Shown: positions 44,686 through 53,781 of the stretch, piece after piece
Layout: each line of letters begins with the position of its first letter
How positions within the stretch are numbered: the stretch's first letter is position 1
Assembly: GCA_900550565.1 (NCBI GenBank)
Contig: URSG01000001.1
Coordinates: 14,456 to 78,455, forward strand
Source of the DNA: an uncultured Rickettsiales bacterium
GTDB taxonomy: Bacteria > Pseudomonadota > Alphaproteobacteria > Rs-D84
DNA length: 64,000 bases
Reading direction: 5' to 3'
Program-made: the position numbers and the translations under genes
The notes under the pieces: model-generated
What the model saw: only the letters and a program-made list of their open reading frames with translations
The model's database searches: none
What the model was told of the DNA's origin: nothing

Positions 44686-44697
44686 GGATTGCTTAAA

Positions 44698-46470
44698 TTA
44701 TATCAATCCTTCTTGATGCATCAATTCGGTGATGTATGTACCCCGGACACGTTTCAGACCGGCAGAACCGAGCATTTTCATAAACCACGGCATTTCTATG
44801 TCCGCCAGTTTCTTTTTATCGTTCAGGTAATACACACTGCGCATCAGGACGCGCACGTCAAAGCACGAACCGAATACTTCGGGCACGCCACGATCAACAT
44901 TTAACAGGGTATATACTGCCTGCATTGCGGTACGAACCGAATATTCGGTTGTGAACACCGTATCGCGTTCTGTTTCGGCATAGTTTCCGATAAATGCGAA
45001 ATTGACCGCCCCATTTGGCACAACCAGTGGCCGGTCGCCCAATGCACGTGGCATAAAGTATGTTGAAATAAACGGCATATGGCACGGGATTGTATGCGAC
45101 GCGTTTTGCGCAATGTCGTCAATTTCGGCCATTGGGACGCCAATGTGATACAGCCATTCGGCGCACAGTTCCGCACCTGTGCAATCGGCGATTTTCTTTT
45201 TCACATAGTTTCCCGGTTTATCCGACAGCAATCCATACGTCCACACCACGATTTCGTTTTTCTTTTGCGCGCGAAAATGCGGCTGGCGCGAGATAGAAAA
45301 TCCATACAGCCAGTTTGAATCGCGAATTGTGACCGGGCCGCTGGACACGATAGAACCGCTGTATGGGTCTTTTTTACAAATGCGTTTGATGTATGGCACA
45401 ACGCGATCGTTGGTCAATGTGATTGTTGCCGACATAACCCAGTTTGCCACCGGTATGTTTTCACAGAACTTGTCCGGTCGCCCGAATTCAACATTTTGTG
45501 CCGCAATATTTTTCCACAAATCCCAACTGGGGCCAACACCGACGGGCTTTGGCGCGGGGGTATTGTTGTCGCCGTATGTGCTGTTTTCGGTAATAGAACC
45601 ATTGGTAATAAACACCAAATCATCTGGCGACAGGTTGATTGTTTTCTTGCGACCGGCGTGCATCATTTCAATAGATTTGGCAACCTTGTGCGTGGCACCA
45701 GAATCAATCACAACATTTGTCACACGTGTGTCATAGTGGAACACAACCCCGCGCGCCGTCAGCCAGCGCACCAGTGGCGTTATCAATGATTCATATTGAT
45801 TATATTTTGTAAATTTCAGTGCGGACATATCGGCCAAACTGCCCACATGGTGGATAAAGCGCAATATGTAACGACGCATTTCCATCGCACTGGACCAGCG
45901 TTCAAACGCAAACATCGTTGCCCAATACATCCAGAAATTTGACGCAAAGAATTCTTCGCTGAACACCTGGTCAATTTGGACGTCTTGCAATTTATCTTCG
46001 GGCGTCATGGCCAGGTCAACCAATTCACGAATTGCGCGCGGCGTCAGGGTCAATTTGCCATCGGTCGGAATTTGTTTGCCGCGATTTTCAATTATGCGCG
46101 TGTGTGAAAAACTGGGGTCGTCTTTGTTCAGCCAATAAAATTCATCCAACACCGATACATTTTCATCTTCCAGTGATGGGATTGAACGGAACAAATCCCA
46201 CAGGGTTTCAAAATGCGCCTCCATTTCACGACCACCACGAATGATATAACCCAATTTTGGATTTTTTATACCGTCCATACTGCCGCCTGGGACGGACAGT
46301 TCTTCAAAAATCTGAATCTTTTTGCCAGACATTTTTGCGTCGCGAATCATAAACACCGCGGCCGCCAACCCGGCCAGTCCGCCACCAACAATATATGCCG
46401 ATTTTTTATCTGCGCCGGCTGGTTTGCGCGCGTCGGCAAATGCCTCGTAATTGCCACTGCTGTGATACAT
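44698..46470 (-). CDS. ohyA: Oleate hydratase (MCRA family, FAD-dependent)
   Basis: N-terminal FAD fold YIVGGGLAGLAAAVFMIRD and full-length 590-aa similarity pattern to myosin-cross-reactive-antigen-type hydratases. Confidence 0.85.
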   Translation of the reverse strand: MYHSSGNYEAFADARKPAGADKKSAYIVGGGLAGLAAAVFMIRDAKMSGKKIQIFEELSVPGGSMDGIKNPKLGYIIRGGREMEAHFETLWDLFRSIPSLEDENVSVLDEFYWLNKDDPSFSHTRIIENRGKQIPTDGKLTLTPRAIRELVDLAMTPEDKLQDVQIDQVFSEEFFASNFWMYWATMFAFERWSSAMEMRRYILRFIHHVGSLADMSALKFTKYNQYESLITPLVRWLTARGVVFHYDTRVTNVVIDSGATHKVAKSIEMMHAGRKKTINLSPDDLVFITNGSITENSTYGDNNTPAPKPVGVGPSWDLWKNIAAQNVEFGRPDKFCENIPVANWVMSATITLTNDRVVPYIKRICKKDPYSGSIVSSGPVTIRDSNWLYGFSISRQPHFRAQKKNEIVVWTYGLLSDKPGNYVKKKIADCTGAELCAEWLYHIGVPMAEIDDIAQNASHTIPCHMPFISTYFMPRALGDRPLVVPNGAVNFAFIGNYAETERDTVFTTEYSVRTAMQAVYTLLNVDRGVPEVFGSCFDVRVLMRSVYYLNDKKKLADIEMPWFMKMLGSAGLKRVRGTYITELMHQEGLI

Positions 46471-46558
46471 AGTATTTCTCCTTTGCTGTATGTGTGGTTA
46501 TTTTACGACATATGCCACGCGTACAACACAGGACAGAATACCGCACCATGACAAATAT

Positions 46559-46587
46559 TTGACTATTTGTTGCGCGCTGGGTATAAT
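46559..46587 (+). promoter_or_regulatory. Promoter giving a probably leaderless mRNA for the small lipoprotein
   Basis: TTGACT - 17 nt - TATAAT. ATG 46595 begins 7 nt after the -10 hexamer; no SD. Confidence 0.55.
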
Positions 46588-46594
46588 ACCAGTT

Positions 46595-46714
46595 ATGAAA
46601 AAGGTGTTTATTGGATTTTTATTGATTGCGACAATGGCGGTCGCCGCATGTGGCGTAAAATCAGACTTGGAAAAACCTGACCCGTCATACCCACGCAATT
46701 ATCCAGTATATTAA
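46595..46714 (+). CDS. 39-aa lipoprotein, LptM/YifL-like
   Basis: MKKVFIGFLLIATMAVAACGVKSDLEKPDPSYPRNYPVY: lipobox followed by the G-x-K-x-x-L-x-x-P pattern of the YifL/LptM small lipoproteins. Confidence 0.55.
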   Translation: MKKVFIGFLLIATMAVAACGVKSDLEKPDPSYPRNYPVY

Positions 46715-46727
46715 AAATCAAAAAAAT

Positions 46728-46812
46728 GCGGGCGTGGCGAAACTGGTAGACGCGCTGGATTTAGGTTCCTGTGGGGCAACCCGTAAGAGTTCAAATCTCT
46801 TCGCCCGCACCA
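46728..46812 (+). tRNA. tRNA-Leu (UAG), class II
   Basis: Parallels E. coli tRNA-Leu(UAG) throughout (GCGGGCGTGGCGAAACTGGTAGACGC...TTTAGGT...long variable arm...GAGTTCAAATCTC...CGCCCGCACCA). One U-U mismatch in the anticodon stem. Confidence 0.85.
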
Positions 46813-46876
46813 AAAATAAATATGCCCGTGGCGACTACGACGCAACGCGTCGTGCGGTTGCGCGACAGCCGCAACC

Positions 46877-46950
46877 AAACTGGTAGACGCGCTGGATTTA
46901 GGGGCCTGTCTGGGCAACCCGTAAGAGTTCAAATCTCTTTACCTGCACCA
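46877..46950 (+). pseudogene. Partial duplicate of tRNA-Leu (D-loop to CCA), acceptor and D stems not formable
   Basis: AAACTGGTAGACGCGCTGGATTTAGG...GGGCAACCCGTAAGAGTTCAAATCTCT shared with the intact gene. The 5-prime acceptor strand is replaced by a GGTTGCG/CGCAACC hairpin, and the 3-prime strand changed to TACCTGC. Confidence 0.7.
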
Positions 46951-46964
46951 AAAATAAAAAAGAC

Positions 46965-46993
46965 TTGCTTTCTGGTAATTTTTGGCATAAAAT
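46965..46993 (+). promoter_or_regulatory. Promoter of rpmG
   Basis: TTGCTT - 17 nt - TAAAAT. Confidence 0.55.
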
Positions 46994-47023
46994 CGGCATC
47001 AGAATAATAAAAAGGTAATAAAC

Positions 47024-47203
47024 ATGGCATCTAAAAAAGGCAGCAAAGAAGTTGTAAAGCTGGAAAACAAGGAAACCGGCTATTTCTATACAACGACAAA
47101 AAATACAAAGTCTGAAAATACGGCTGGCAAAATGAAGTTTCGTAAATATGACCCAAAATTGCGCAAGCACGTGGTTATGACTGAAAATAAAATGCCTCAC
47201 TAA
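47024..47203 (+). CDS. rpmG: 50S ribosomal protein L33
   Basis: Not in the ORF track (59 aa). Own translation: MASKKGSKEVVKLENKETGYFYTTTKNTKSENTAGKMKFRKYDPKLRKHVVMTENKMPH, the L33 pattern (...TG.FY.T.KN.........L.KYDP..RKHV...E.K). Confidence 0.85.
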   Translation: MASKKGSKEVVKLENKETGYFYTTTKNTKSENTAGKMKFRKYDPKLRKHVVMTENKMPH

Positions 47204-47209
47204 TCAAAT

Positions 47210-47233
47210 CACCCCGATTGGGGTGTTTTTTTT
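47210..47233 (+). terminator. Intrinsic terminator after rpmG
   Basis: CACCCC-GATT-GGGGTG hairpin followed by T8. Confidence 0.8.
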
Positions 47234-47316
47234 GCGCGAAATGAATAATGTGTCCGCCAATGGCGCACCAAACCCTATCACTAAATCACTTTAAAAAATG
47301 CCCCAGTGGGGCATTT

Positions 47317-49548
47317 TTACTTTGTAAATTTACCGGTTCGTGGAAATCCCAACGGCACAGTCCGCCCCTGGGACGCGCGCTTGCCACGCCACGGTACCCA
47401 ATCGTCCAGTTTTGTTGTTCCGCGTCCCGTTGTCCAACCAAAACCGTCCGCCGCATTAAAGAACATAACGTCCAGCACATACGTTCTGTCGGCGTTGTAT
47501 TTCTGTAAAATTACGCCCTTGCCCCGGGTCATTTCAGGGATTTCATCGGCCCCAAATATCAACAGTTTGTCATTAGACCCAGACATCGCAATCGTATCGC
47601 CTGTGACCGGAACGCACATAATCGCCGGATTGGCCGCGTCGGTATTCATAACCTGTTTGCCGTTTTTCGTCTGGGCCAGGCAATTTTCGCCGGAAACAAT
47701 AAACCCTGTGCCGTGCCGTCCGACCAACAAATATTTGGCCCCAGTATTCAGCACGAACGCACGCACGATATTTTCGTCCGCCCCAATATCCGCCATTAAA
47801 CGAACAGATTCCCCGAATCCACGCGCCGACGGCAATTCGTTCGCCGCCAATGTGAACATTTTGCCCCCAGACGTGAACAGATTGATTTTATCCGTGGACA
47901 TCGCGTGAAACGCGAATTGCAGTTCATCACCTTCTTTGAATTTCAAATCCAGACTGTTCAAATCCAGCGTTCCCTTGGCCGCGCGAATCCAACCCATCGC
48001 AGACAAGATTATGGTCAACGGTTCTTTTTCAATAAATTCGTCAGTATTTACAACGAGTTCTTCGGTCTGTTCCGCCCACGTTGTGCGACGACGCCCCAGC
48101 GCAGTCTTTTTATCATAACGTTTTTTAATGTCGGCAAACCAGGCCTTTAACTGGTCACGCTGCATCTGGTCAGACGCCAGCAATTCCTGCAACTGTTTCT
48201 GTTCCGCCAACAACGCCGCATCTTCGCGACGGATTTCCATTTCTTCTAATTTACGCAAACTGCGCAGGCGTGTGTTCAAAATCGCTTCTACCTGAACCTC
48301 GGTCAACTGGAATTCAGATACCAGAACAGATTTCGCGTCATCTTCGGTTCTGATGATTTCAATCACCCTGTCCAGATTCAGATACACAACCAACAAACCG
48401 CCCAGAATTTCCAACCGGCGTTCAATATTCCCCAAACGCCAATTCGTCCGACGAACCAGGACGTTTTTCTGGTGCGCGATAAATTCACGCAATACGTCGC
48501 CAATTCCCATCACGCGCGGCGCGCCATTTGAATCAATGACGTTAAAGTTCATATTAAACCGATATTCCAAATCGGTCATCGCGAACAGGTGCGCCATCAT
48601 CTTGTCCAATGGGACATTGCGACTTTTTGGGGTAATTACAATACGAACGTCAGTTGTTGATTCATCAACAATATCGTCAACCAGTGGCAATTTGCGCGCA
48701 TCAATCAGGCCGGCGATTTGTTCCACCAGTTTTGATTTCAGCAATCCATACGGGATTTCAGTGATAACCACCTGTTCTGCGCCACGGTCCAATTTTTCAA
48801 TTTCCCAGCGCGCACGAATACGAAACGCCCCACGGCCAGTTTCATAGTTTTTAACAATCGTATCAAAATTATCAATCAATATGCCGCCCGTCGGGAAATC
48901 AGGCCCAATCATCTTCTTCATAATCTGGGCCGTTGTCGCGTCCGGTTTATCCACCACCAGGGTCAAGGCATCACAAACCTCGGCCACGTTGTGCGTCGGA
49001 ATATTTGTCGCCATACCAACCGCGATACCCATACCGCCATTGGCCAGCAAATTTGGGAACGCCCCTGGCATAACCACAGGCTCGGTCGTTGTGCCGTCAA
49101 AATTCGGCATCATATCAACACTGTTTTCGTCAATGCCGTCCATAATCAGCATTGCCGCATCGGTCATCTTGGATTCAGTATAACGATACGCCGCCTGGGG
49201 GTCACCGTCAATATTACCAAAGTTTCCCTGGCCATCAATCAGCGGATACCGAACCGAAAAATCCTGGGCCAGACGCACCATCGCATCATAAACAGAACTG
49301 TCCCCATGGGGGTGATAGTGACCCAAAACGTCGCCGACCACCGTCGCGCATTTGCGGAACGCCGCCGCCGGCGACAGTTTCTGGCGCAACATAGAATACA
49401 AAATACGGCGATGTACAGGCTTTAACCCATCACGAACATCTGGCAATGCGCGCGATACAATCGTGCTGACCGCGTATGACAGATACCGCTGTGACAGGGC
49501 ATCAGACAGTTGTTGTGATTCAATATTTTCAATAATTTCCTTGCTCAT
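47317..49548 (-). CDS. parC: DNA topoisomerase IV subunit A
   Basis: Type IIA A-subunit motifs ([14 protein letters not shown], catalytic AAYRYTE). 743 aa and the C-terminal domain lacks a recognisable GyrA box, which favours ParC over GyrA. Confidence 0.8.
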   Translation of the reverse strand: MSKEIIENIESQQLSDALSQRYLSYAVSTIVSRALPDVRDGLKPVHRRILYSMLRQKLSPAAAFRKCATVVGDVLGHYHPHGDSSVYDAMVRLAQDFSVRYPLIDGQGNFGNIDGDPQAAYRYTESKMTDAAMLIMDGIDENSVDMMPNFDGTTTEPVVMPGAFPNLLANGGMGIAVGMATNIPTHNVAEVCDALTLVVDKPDATTAQIMKKMIGPDFPTGGILIDNFDTIVKNYETGRGAFRIRARWEIEKLDRGAEQVVITEIPYGLLKSKLVEQIAGLIDARKLPLVDDIVDESTTDVRIVITPKSRNVPLDKMMAHLFAMTDLEYRFNMNFNVIDSNGAPRVMGIGDVLREFIAHQKNVLVRRTNWRLGNIERRLEILGGLLVVYLNLDRVIEIIRTEDDAKSVLVSEFQLTEVQVEAILNTRLRSLRKLEEMEIRREDAALLAEQKQLQELLASDQMQRDQLKAWFADIKKRYDKKTALGRRRTTWAEQTEELVVNTDEFIEKEPLTIILSAMGWIRAAKGTLDLNSLDLKFKEGDELQFAFHAMSTDKINLFTSGGKMFTLAANELPSARGFGESVRLMADIGADENIVRAFVLNTGAKYLLVGRHGTGFIVSGENCLAQTKNGKQVMNTDAANPAIMCVPVTGDTIAMSGSNDKLLIFGADEIPEMTRGKGVILQKYNADRTYVLDVMFFNAADGFGWTTGRGTTKLDDWVPWRGKRASQGRTVPLGFPRTGKFTK

Positions 49549-49841
49549 TTCCCCGAAAATTTAGAACATTTGAAAAAAAATAACAACAGAAAAAATCCTT
49601 TTTTTTCCAGATGCCCGAAAAACGTTCAAAAATTTAACTTTTTTTTAATTTTTTGCTTGAAATTTATTTTACACATAACTATTATATGTATATACAAACT
49701 TTGGTTCCCTGTTTGGGCGGGCTGCCGGTTGAGTAAAAAATGGCAAGTCGGGGCGGTTTGGTTGTACCAGATTGTCTGAATGTACATCGCGGATTGATTT
49801 TTATCGCGGTGAACCAATCAAAAAAGAAAACGTAACATTAA

Positions 49842-49869
49842 TTGACACCTGATAACGCACCGTTATTAA
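49842..49869 (+). promoter_or_regulatory. Promoter of the 381-aa secreted protein gene
   Basis: TTGACA - 16 nt - TATTAA, about 35 nt upstream of ATG 49904. Confidence 0.5.
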
Positions 49870-49903
49870 AAGTGTCTGTTTGATTGCAAAGAGGTAAAAA
49901 AAA

Positions 49904-51049
49904 ATGAAGTTCAAGACAGTTATACCATATTTGTTGGCAATGTCAGCCGCATCATTCCCAGCGGCGGCCCAGGCACAACGCAACTCGTCCCGTGACGACA
50001 GTCGCGCATCGCGTTCGCGCTTAGAAGTTCCTGCCGCGGTAAAAGACCTGATGACGATGAACACCAACACTGCTAAACTGGTCGTTCCAAAATTGGATAT
50101 GGAAGCGACTATGCAGATTGTGGACAACAAATCTTTGGACGGCAAAGCAGACGAACTGATGGACGCATACATCAGCAATATGCTGGACGCACAACAGCGT
50201 TTATTCCCACTGTTGGGCAAACGTGGCTATGCCGCGGCCGTCCGTCGTGAATTGCCGGGTGCGCCGGTTGGCCGTCACTGTGTGTTTGGCCAATACACCC
50301 AGTTGGCACGCGCATTACAGGAAATGGGCGACACATTGACCGTTATCCCAGATGACGCCAGCCGCGCCTGCAAGTCGTTCAAACAACTGATGACAAAAAA
50401 ATATTCAGCCCCAGAATTTTCGGGTGCAATTCACAATGGCACTATGTATGAAACAAATGCTGAATATGATGCTGCGTTAAATCGTTATATGACAGCGCAC
50501 AACATCACCGACACCAAGGCACGCGTCAAGGCAGAGCAAGATTTCGCACGTGAAAACTTTTCCGCCGACGAATTGACACCGGGAACAATGATGGTTGTTC
50601 ACAATGGTGGCCACATGATTATGTATTTGGGTCGTGGTCGCATTGTCAACGGTCACTTTGTCGCCGACAAAAGGGGTCGTCACATCTATGTTGGTCACAA
50701 CCATGAACGTCTGGGCGATTTGATAAAGACGTGGGGAACACGCAACATTTTTGCGTCTGACACCCGTAAAATCGTGCGCGTATTGTATTCCAAAGAATGG
50801 AATAAAATTGAAAAACTGAACTATGCGGCTTTGTTGCGATACGTTGCGCCAACACCGGCAAAGCGTATGGAATTGGCCGGTGCAACGCGTGAACAGTTGT
50901 TGGATTTGGCACGTGATCGCTATTTCCACCAAGCAGTGCCAAACTATAACCAACCTGCTGGCAAAAACCGTGGCATACTGGCACAGAACGATGCCACGTC
51001 CCAAGATGCCCAGTTTGTTATTTTACAGCAATCTCAGCGGACGATATAA
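49904..51049 (+). CDS. Secreted protein, possibly a papain-fold (NlpC/P60-like) amidase
   Basis: Signal peptide ending AAAQA. Candidate Cys (GRHCVFGQYT) and His (NGGHMIMYLGRG) motifs. Weak, by-eye only. Confidence 0.35.
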   Translation: MKFKTVIPYLLAMSAASFPAAAQAQRNSSRDDSRASRSRLEVPAAVKDLMTMNTNTAKLVVPKLDMEATMQIVDNKSLDGKADELMDAYISNMLDAQQRLFPLLGKRGYAAAVRRELPGAPVGRHCVFGQYTQLARALQEMGDTLTVIPDDASRACKSFKQLMTKKYSAPEFSGAIHNGTMYETNAEYDAALNRYMTAHNITDTKARVKAEQDFARENFSADELTPGTMMVVHNGGHMIMYLGRGRIVNGHFVADKRGRHIYVGHNHERLGDLIKTWGTRNIFASDTRKIVRVLYSKEWNKIEKLNYAALLRYVAPTPAKRMELAGATREQLLDLARDRYFHQAVPNYNQPAGKNRGILAQNDATSQDAQFVILQQSQRTI

Positions 51050-51073
51050 AAAATGCGCCAAAGGCGCGTTTTT

Positions 51074-51352
51074 TTATTGTGTAATTTTATGTTTTATTTC
51101 GCGAATACGCGCCAATATCTCGCGCAGGTCTGCGTCCGTTGCGGTTGGCGTGGGGCGATTATGCACTTCGTCGGCCAAGACGATACACAATGTCGCCAAC
51201 AACGCACTTTCAGGCAGTGGTCCGATTTTATCCAAAATTTCGCGCGCACGGGCATCAACCATTTTGCCCAGTTCTATCAGGCGCGCTTCCTGGCCGTCTT
51301 CGCAGCCCATCGGATAATTTTTATTTACAATTGGTATTGAAACAACACTCAT
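51074..51352 (-). CDS. zapA: Cell division protein ZapA
   Basis: IPIVNKNYPMGCEDGQEARLIELGKMVD matches the ZapA I.I.GR.Y.L.C..GEE..L pattern. 92 aa. Confidence 0.8.
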   Translation of the reverse strand: MSVVSIPIVNKNYPMGCEDGQEARLIELGKMVDARAREILDKIGPLPESALLATLCIVLADEVHNRPTPTATDADLREILARIREIKHKITQ

Positions 51353-51558
51353 TTTAACTTCTTTAATATAGATATAGATTTATCAATCATTTGGGTTGCA
51401 CGGGCATTTTTATCGCGCAATGTGCGCACCTGTTCGGTTAAAATTGCCACTTCTAAATCCGTTTGTTTTCCGGCCGCCACCGCAGTTCCGCGCAGACGGG
51501 CCGCCGCCTCTTCCAGGGCGTTTAATTCTGAAAAAATTTGCTGTTTTATATCTGCCAT
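51349..51558 (-). CDS. 69-aa coiled-coil protein overlapping the zapA start (ZapB/ZauP-like position)
   Basis: Entirely heptad-like. ATGA overlap with zapA. Confidence 0.4.
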   Translation of the reverse strand: MADIKQQIFSELNALEEAAARLRGTAVAAGKQTDLEVAILTEQVRTLRDKNARATQMIDKSISILKKLK

Positions 51559-51641
51559 ACCATCAGTTTAAGATATTTTTTATATGCGTTCAACATCAAA
51601 ATGTGATATAATGTTCCTGTTAAATTTATGGGGCGGTTATA

Positions 51642-52724
51642 ATGAAAACAAAAATTATCTATATCTCGGGCAATGAAGTTTTTGAAATGGCGGATATTCG
51701 TGCCGCCTTTGACGAGGTGCGCGCCGCGCTGGACCTGGGATCGGACACCGTTTTGTTTGGTGTTCCGGTGGATAATGACGACGCATTGGCACGCCCGGCT
51801 GAACCGGTCGCAGAACCAGTTGTGGCCCCCGTTGCGGAACCTGTTGCAGAACCTGTCGCAGAACCGGTTGCCGCCGCGCGCGCCACAGAACCAGAAACAA
51901 CGATTGTTTCAGAACCCGTTGCCACAGAACCTGTTGTGGACGTTCCAGAAGTAATTGAAAAACCAAAAAGAAAAACACGTGGTCGCCCGGCCAAGGCCCC
52001 AAAGGCCGTCGCCCCAGACCAGGACGATGTCGTCACCCCAACCGACGTGACCGGTGACCAAACCGCACCTGTTGTGCCGGTGGCATCAATTTTGTCGGTA
52101 TTAAAATCAAAACCTGATGATGATGTGGCCCCTGCCCCAGTTGCCCCAGATGCGCCTGCTGAAAGTGTCACAGATATGGCAGACGCACCAGACGTTGCCC
52201 CTGTGGCGGAAACGGTGACGGTGGCAGAATCTGTCACAGAAATTGCCCCAGTGGTTGATGATGCACCTATTTCGGACGTAACAGACGACACAATCGCCGA
52301 TATGATTAGTGACGACGCCCCAGACGCCCCGGTTGAAAAAACACTGGAACAATTACTGGAAAGTATGACCCCACTGTGCGAAGACCGCAATGACCCTGCG
52401 ACGTGTATCAACCCGGACGAAATCCACGACGAAATTTCAATGCCAGATGACGCACCTGTTATCACTGACACTGACGCTGACACAGATGCAACACTGGAAC
52501 AACTGGCCACAGAATTTGCCGAAAACCAAGATAAAATCCCCGCTGCGCAAAAAAACGAAGGTCGCGGTAAAATCGGAAAATTAAAAAATATCCTGCCATT
52601 TAAAAAGGCACGTCGCGATGACACAGGCCTGATGGGCGATTTGTTCGGCTGGGCCGGGATTGCCGCCAATGACGATGATTTTTCAATGCCAGGTTTCTTT
52701 ACAGGCGTTGCGTCAAAAAAATAA
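51642..52724 (+). CDS. Highly acidic Pro/Val/Ala/Glu/Asp/Thr low-complexity protein (360 aa)
   Basis: Short ordered N-terminus, (A)EPV repeats, long D/P/A/V-rich body, basic/hydrophobic C-terminal tail. Confidence 0.5.
   Translation: MKTKIIYISGNEVFEMADIRAAFDEVRAALDLGSDTVLFGVPVDNDDALARPAEPVAEPVVAPVAEPVAEPVAEPVAAARATEPETTIVSEPVATEPVVDVPEVIEKPKRKTRGRPAKAPKAVAPDQDDVVTPTDVTGDQTAPVVPVASILSVLKSKPDDDVAPAPVAPDAPAESVTDMADAPDVAPVAETVTVAESVTEIAPVVDDAPISDVTDDTIADMISDDAPDAPVEKTLEQLLESMTPLCEDRNDPATCINPDEIHDEISMPDDAPVITDTDADTDATLEQLATEFAENQDKIPAAQKNEGRGKIGKLKNILPFKKARRDDTGLMGDLFGWAGIAANDDDFSMPGFFTGVASKK
51801..51872 (+). repeat. Six tandem 12-nt coding units (GAACCNGTYGCR = E-P-V-A)
   Basis: gaaccggtcgca gaaccagttgtg gcccccgttgcg gaacctgttgca gaacctgtcgca gaaccggttgcc. 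Confidence 0.85.
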
Positions 52725-52738
52725 AATGATATGCACGT

Positions 52739-53779
52739 ATGGAAATTGAAACAATTTTTAGACTGCTGAAAAATTCCGGATTCAATGTTCTGGGTGCCGA
52801 TGGCACGAACATTTATCTGGAAGATCCGTCGTGCATCGCCCGCAGTTTTCAAACCTTTGTTGAATATGCCTGGGTAATTATTTCTGTCCTGACCGCGTTT
52901 TTATTACTTGGTTGGGGAATTTCTATGATACGCGGTTCAAAACACGATGTTTTTATGAAACTGCGTAATTTAATACTGATTCTGGGCGTTCTGTCGGTGG
53001 CCGGCCCTGTGATAAATACGATTTACGGCGACGATTTGTTTGCGCGTGGCTGTCGTACAATCACGGTCAAAAAGACAGAATTAAAACGCCTGTTAGATGC
53101 GCGCAAGGCAACCCTGCGCCCAGAACAGACCGATTTATACGAAGATATTCAGATTTCTGATTCTGGTGCCACGGTCCAGGACACCCCGTATGCCGACGCG
53201 TCATTGCCGTCATCGGGCGCGCCTGAAAACATACCTGTCACTGTATCAGATGAAAAAAACGACACCCAAGATGTAAAGCCCACCCCAGGGGGCGCGCCAA
53301 AACCAACGTCGTCTGATTCCAACAAATCACAATATATCCGCGCCAGCGCACCCAAGAATTCAAGCGATGTTGTATATGAAAGTCCCGACGGCAGTCGCAC
53401 CCGTCGCACAGGCGGAACGCGCGCGTGGCGAAATCTGAATCCTGGGAATCTTCGTTATTCTGATTTTTCCAAACGTGCAGGTGCAATCGGTCGCGCCGGT
53501 GGGTTCGCTGTTTTCCCAGACGAAGAAACCGGTATGCGCGCAATCAATGCACTGTTGCGCACGGATACATACAGCAATCTGACCATTGCAGGCGCAATCA
53601 GCCGATATGCCCCACCAACAGAAAATAATACCGCGGCATATAACAGAAAAATTGAACGCCTGACGGGGCTGTCTATCAATCGCCGTGTCCGTGATTTATC
53701 TGATGCGGAAATATCACGTATGGCACGCGCCATACGCGAGATAGAGGGCTGGTCACCTGGCCGAATTACAAAGGGGTAA
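52739..53779 (+). CDS. Membrane protein with a conserved-looking C-terminal soluble domain (WRNLNPGNLRY...FAVFPDEETGMRA...YAPPTENNT...)
   Basis: Two TM helices near the N-terminus, a low-complexity linker, and a ~130-aa C-terminal domain that I cannot assign to a named family. Confidence 0.45.
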   Translation: MEIETIFRLLKNSGFNVLGADGTNIYLEDPSCIARSFQTFVEYAWVIISVLTAFLLLGWGISMIRGSKHDVFMKLRNLILILGVLSVAGPVINTIYGDDLFARGCRTITVKKTELKRLLDARKATLRPEQTDLYEDIQISDSGATVQDTPYADASLPSSGAPENIPVTVSDEKNDTQDVKPTPGGAPKPTSSDSNKSQYIRASAPKNSSDVVYESPDGSRTRRTGGTRAWRNLNPGNLRYSDFSKRAGAIGRAGGFAVFPDEETGMRAINALLRTDTYSNLTIAGAISRYAPPTENNTAAYNRKIERLTGLSINRRVRDLSDAEISRMARAIREIEGWSPGRITKG

Positions 53780-53781
53780 TT

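Noticed and set aside
44234-44716. 160-aa plus-strand ORF.
   Set aside because: It reads straight through tRNA-Glu, three terminator hairpins and the repeat copies, and has no start context.
47317-49548. GyrA as the identity of the type IIA topoisomerase A subunit.
   Set aside because: Its 743-aa length and a C-terminal domain without a recognisable GyrA box fit ParC better. This is not proven without a phylogeny.
49690-49840. Long structured leader or riboswitch upstream of the 381-aa secreted protein gene, following a TTGAAA-17-TATTAT pair near 49655-49690.
   Set aside because: A better promoter (TTGACA-16-TATTAA, 49842-49869) sits just before the gene. No known riboswitch core was recognised, and the apparent hairpin ATCGCGG...ATCGCGG is a direct repeat, not an inverted one.
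51050-51073. 6S RNA (ssrS) downstream of zapA, as in E. coli.
   Set aside because: Only 24 nt, occupied by a shared terminator, separate zapA from the convergent gene.
51801-51872. Short-period repeats here and at 28010-28340, considered as possible CRISPR or minisatellite arrays.
   Set aside because: They are 12-15-nt in-frame coding repeats without spacers, inside good ORFs.
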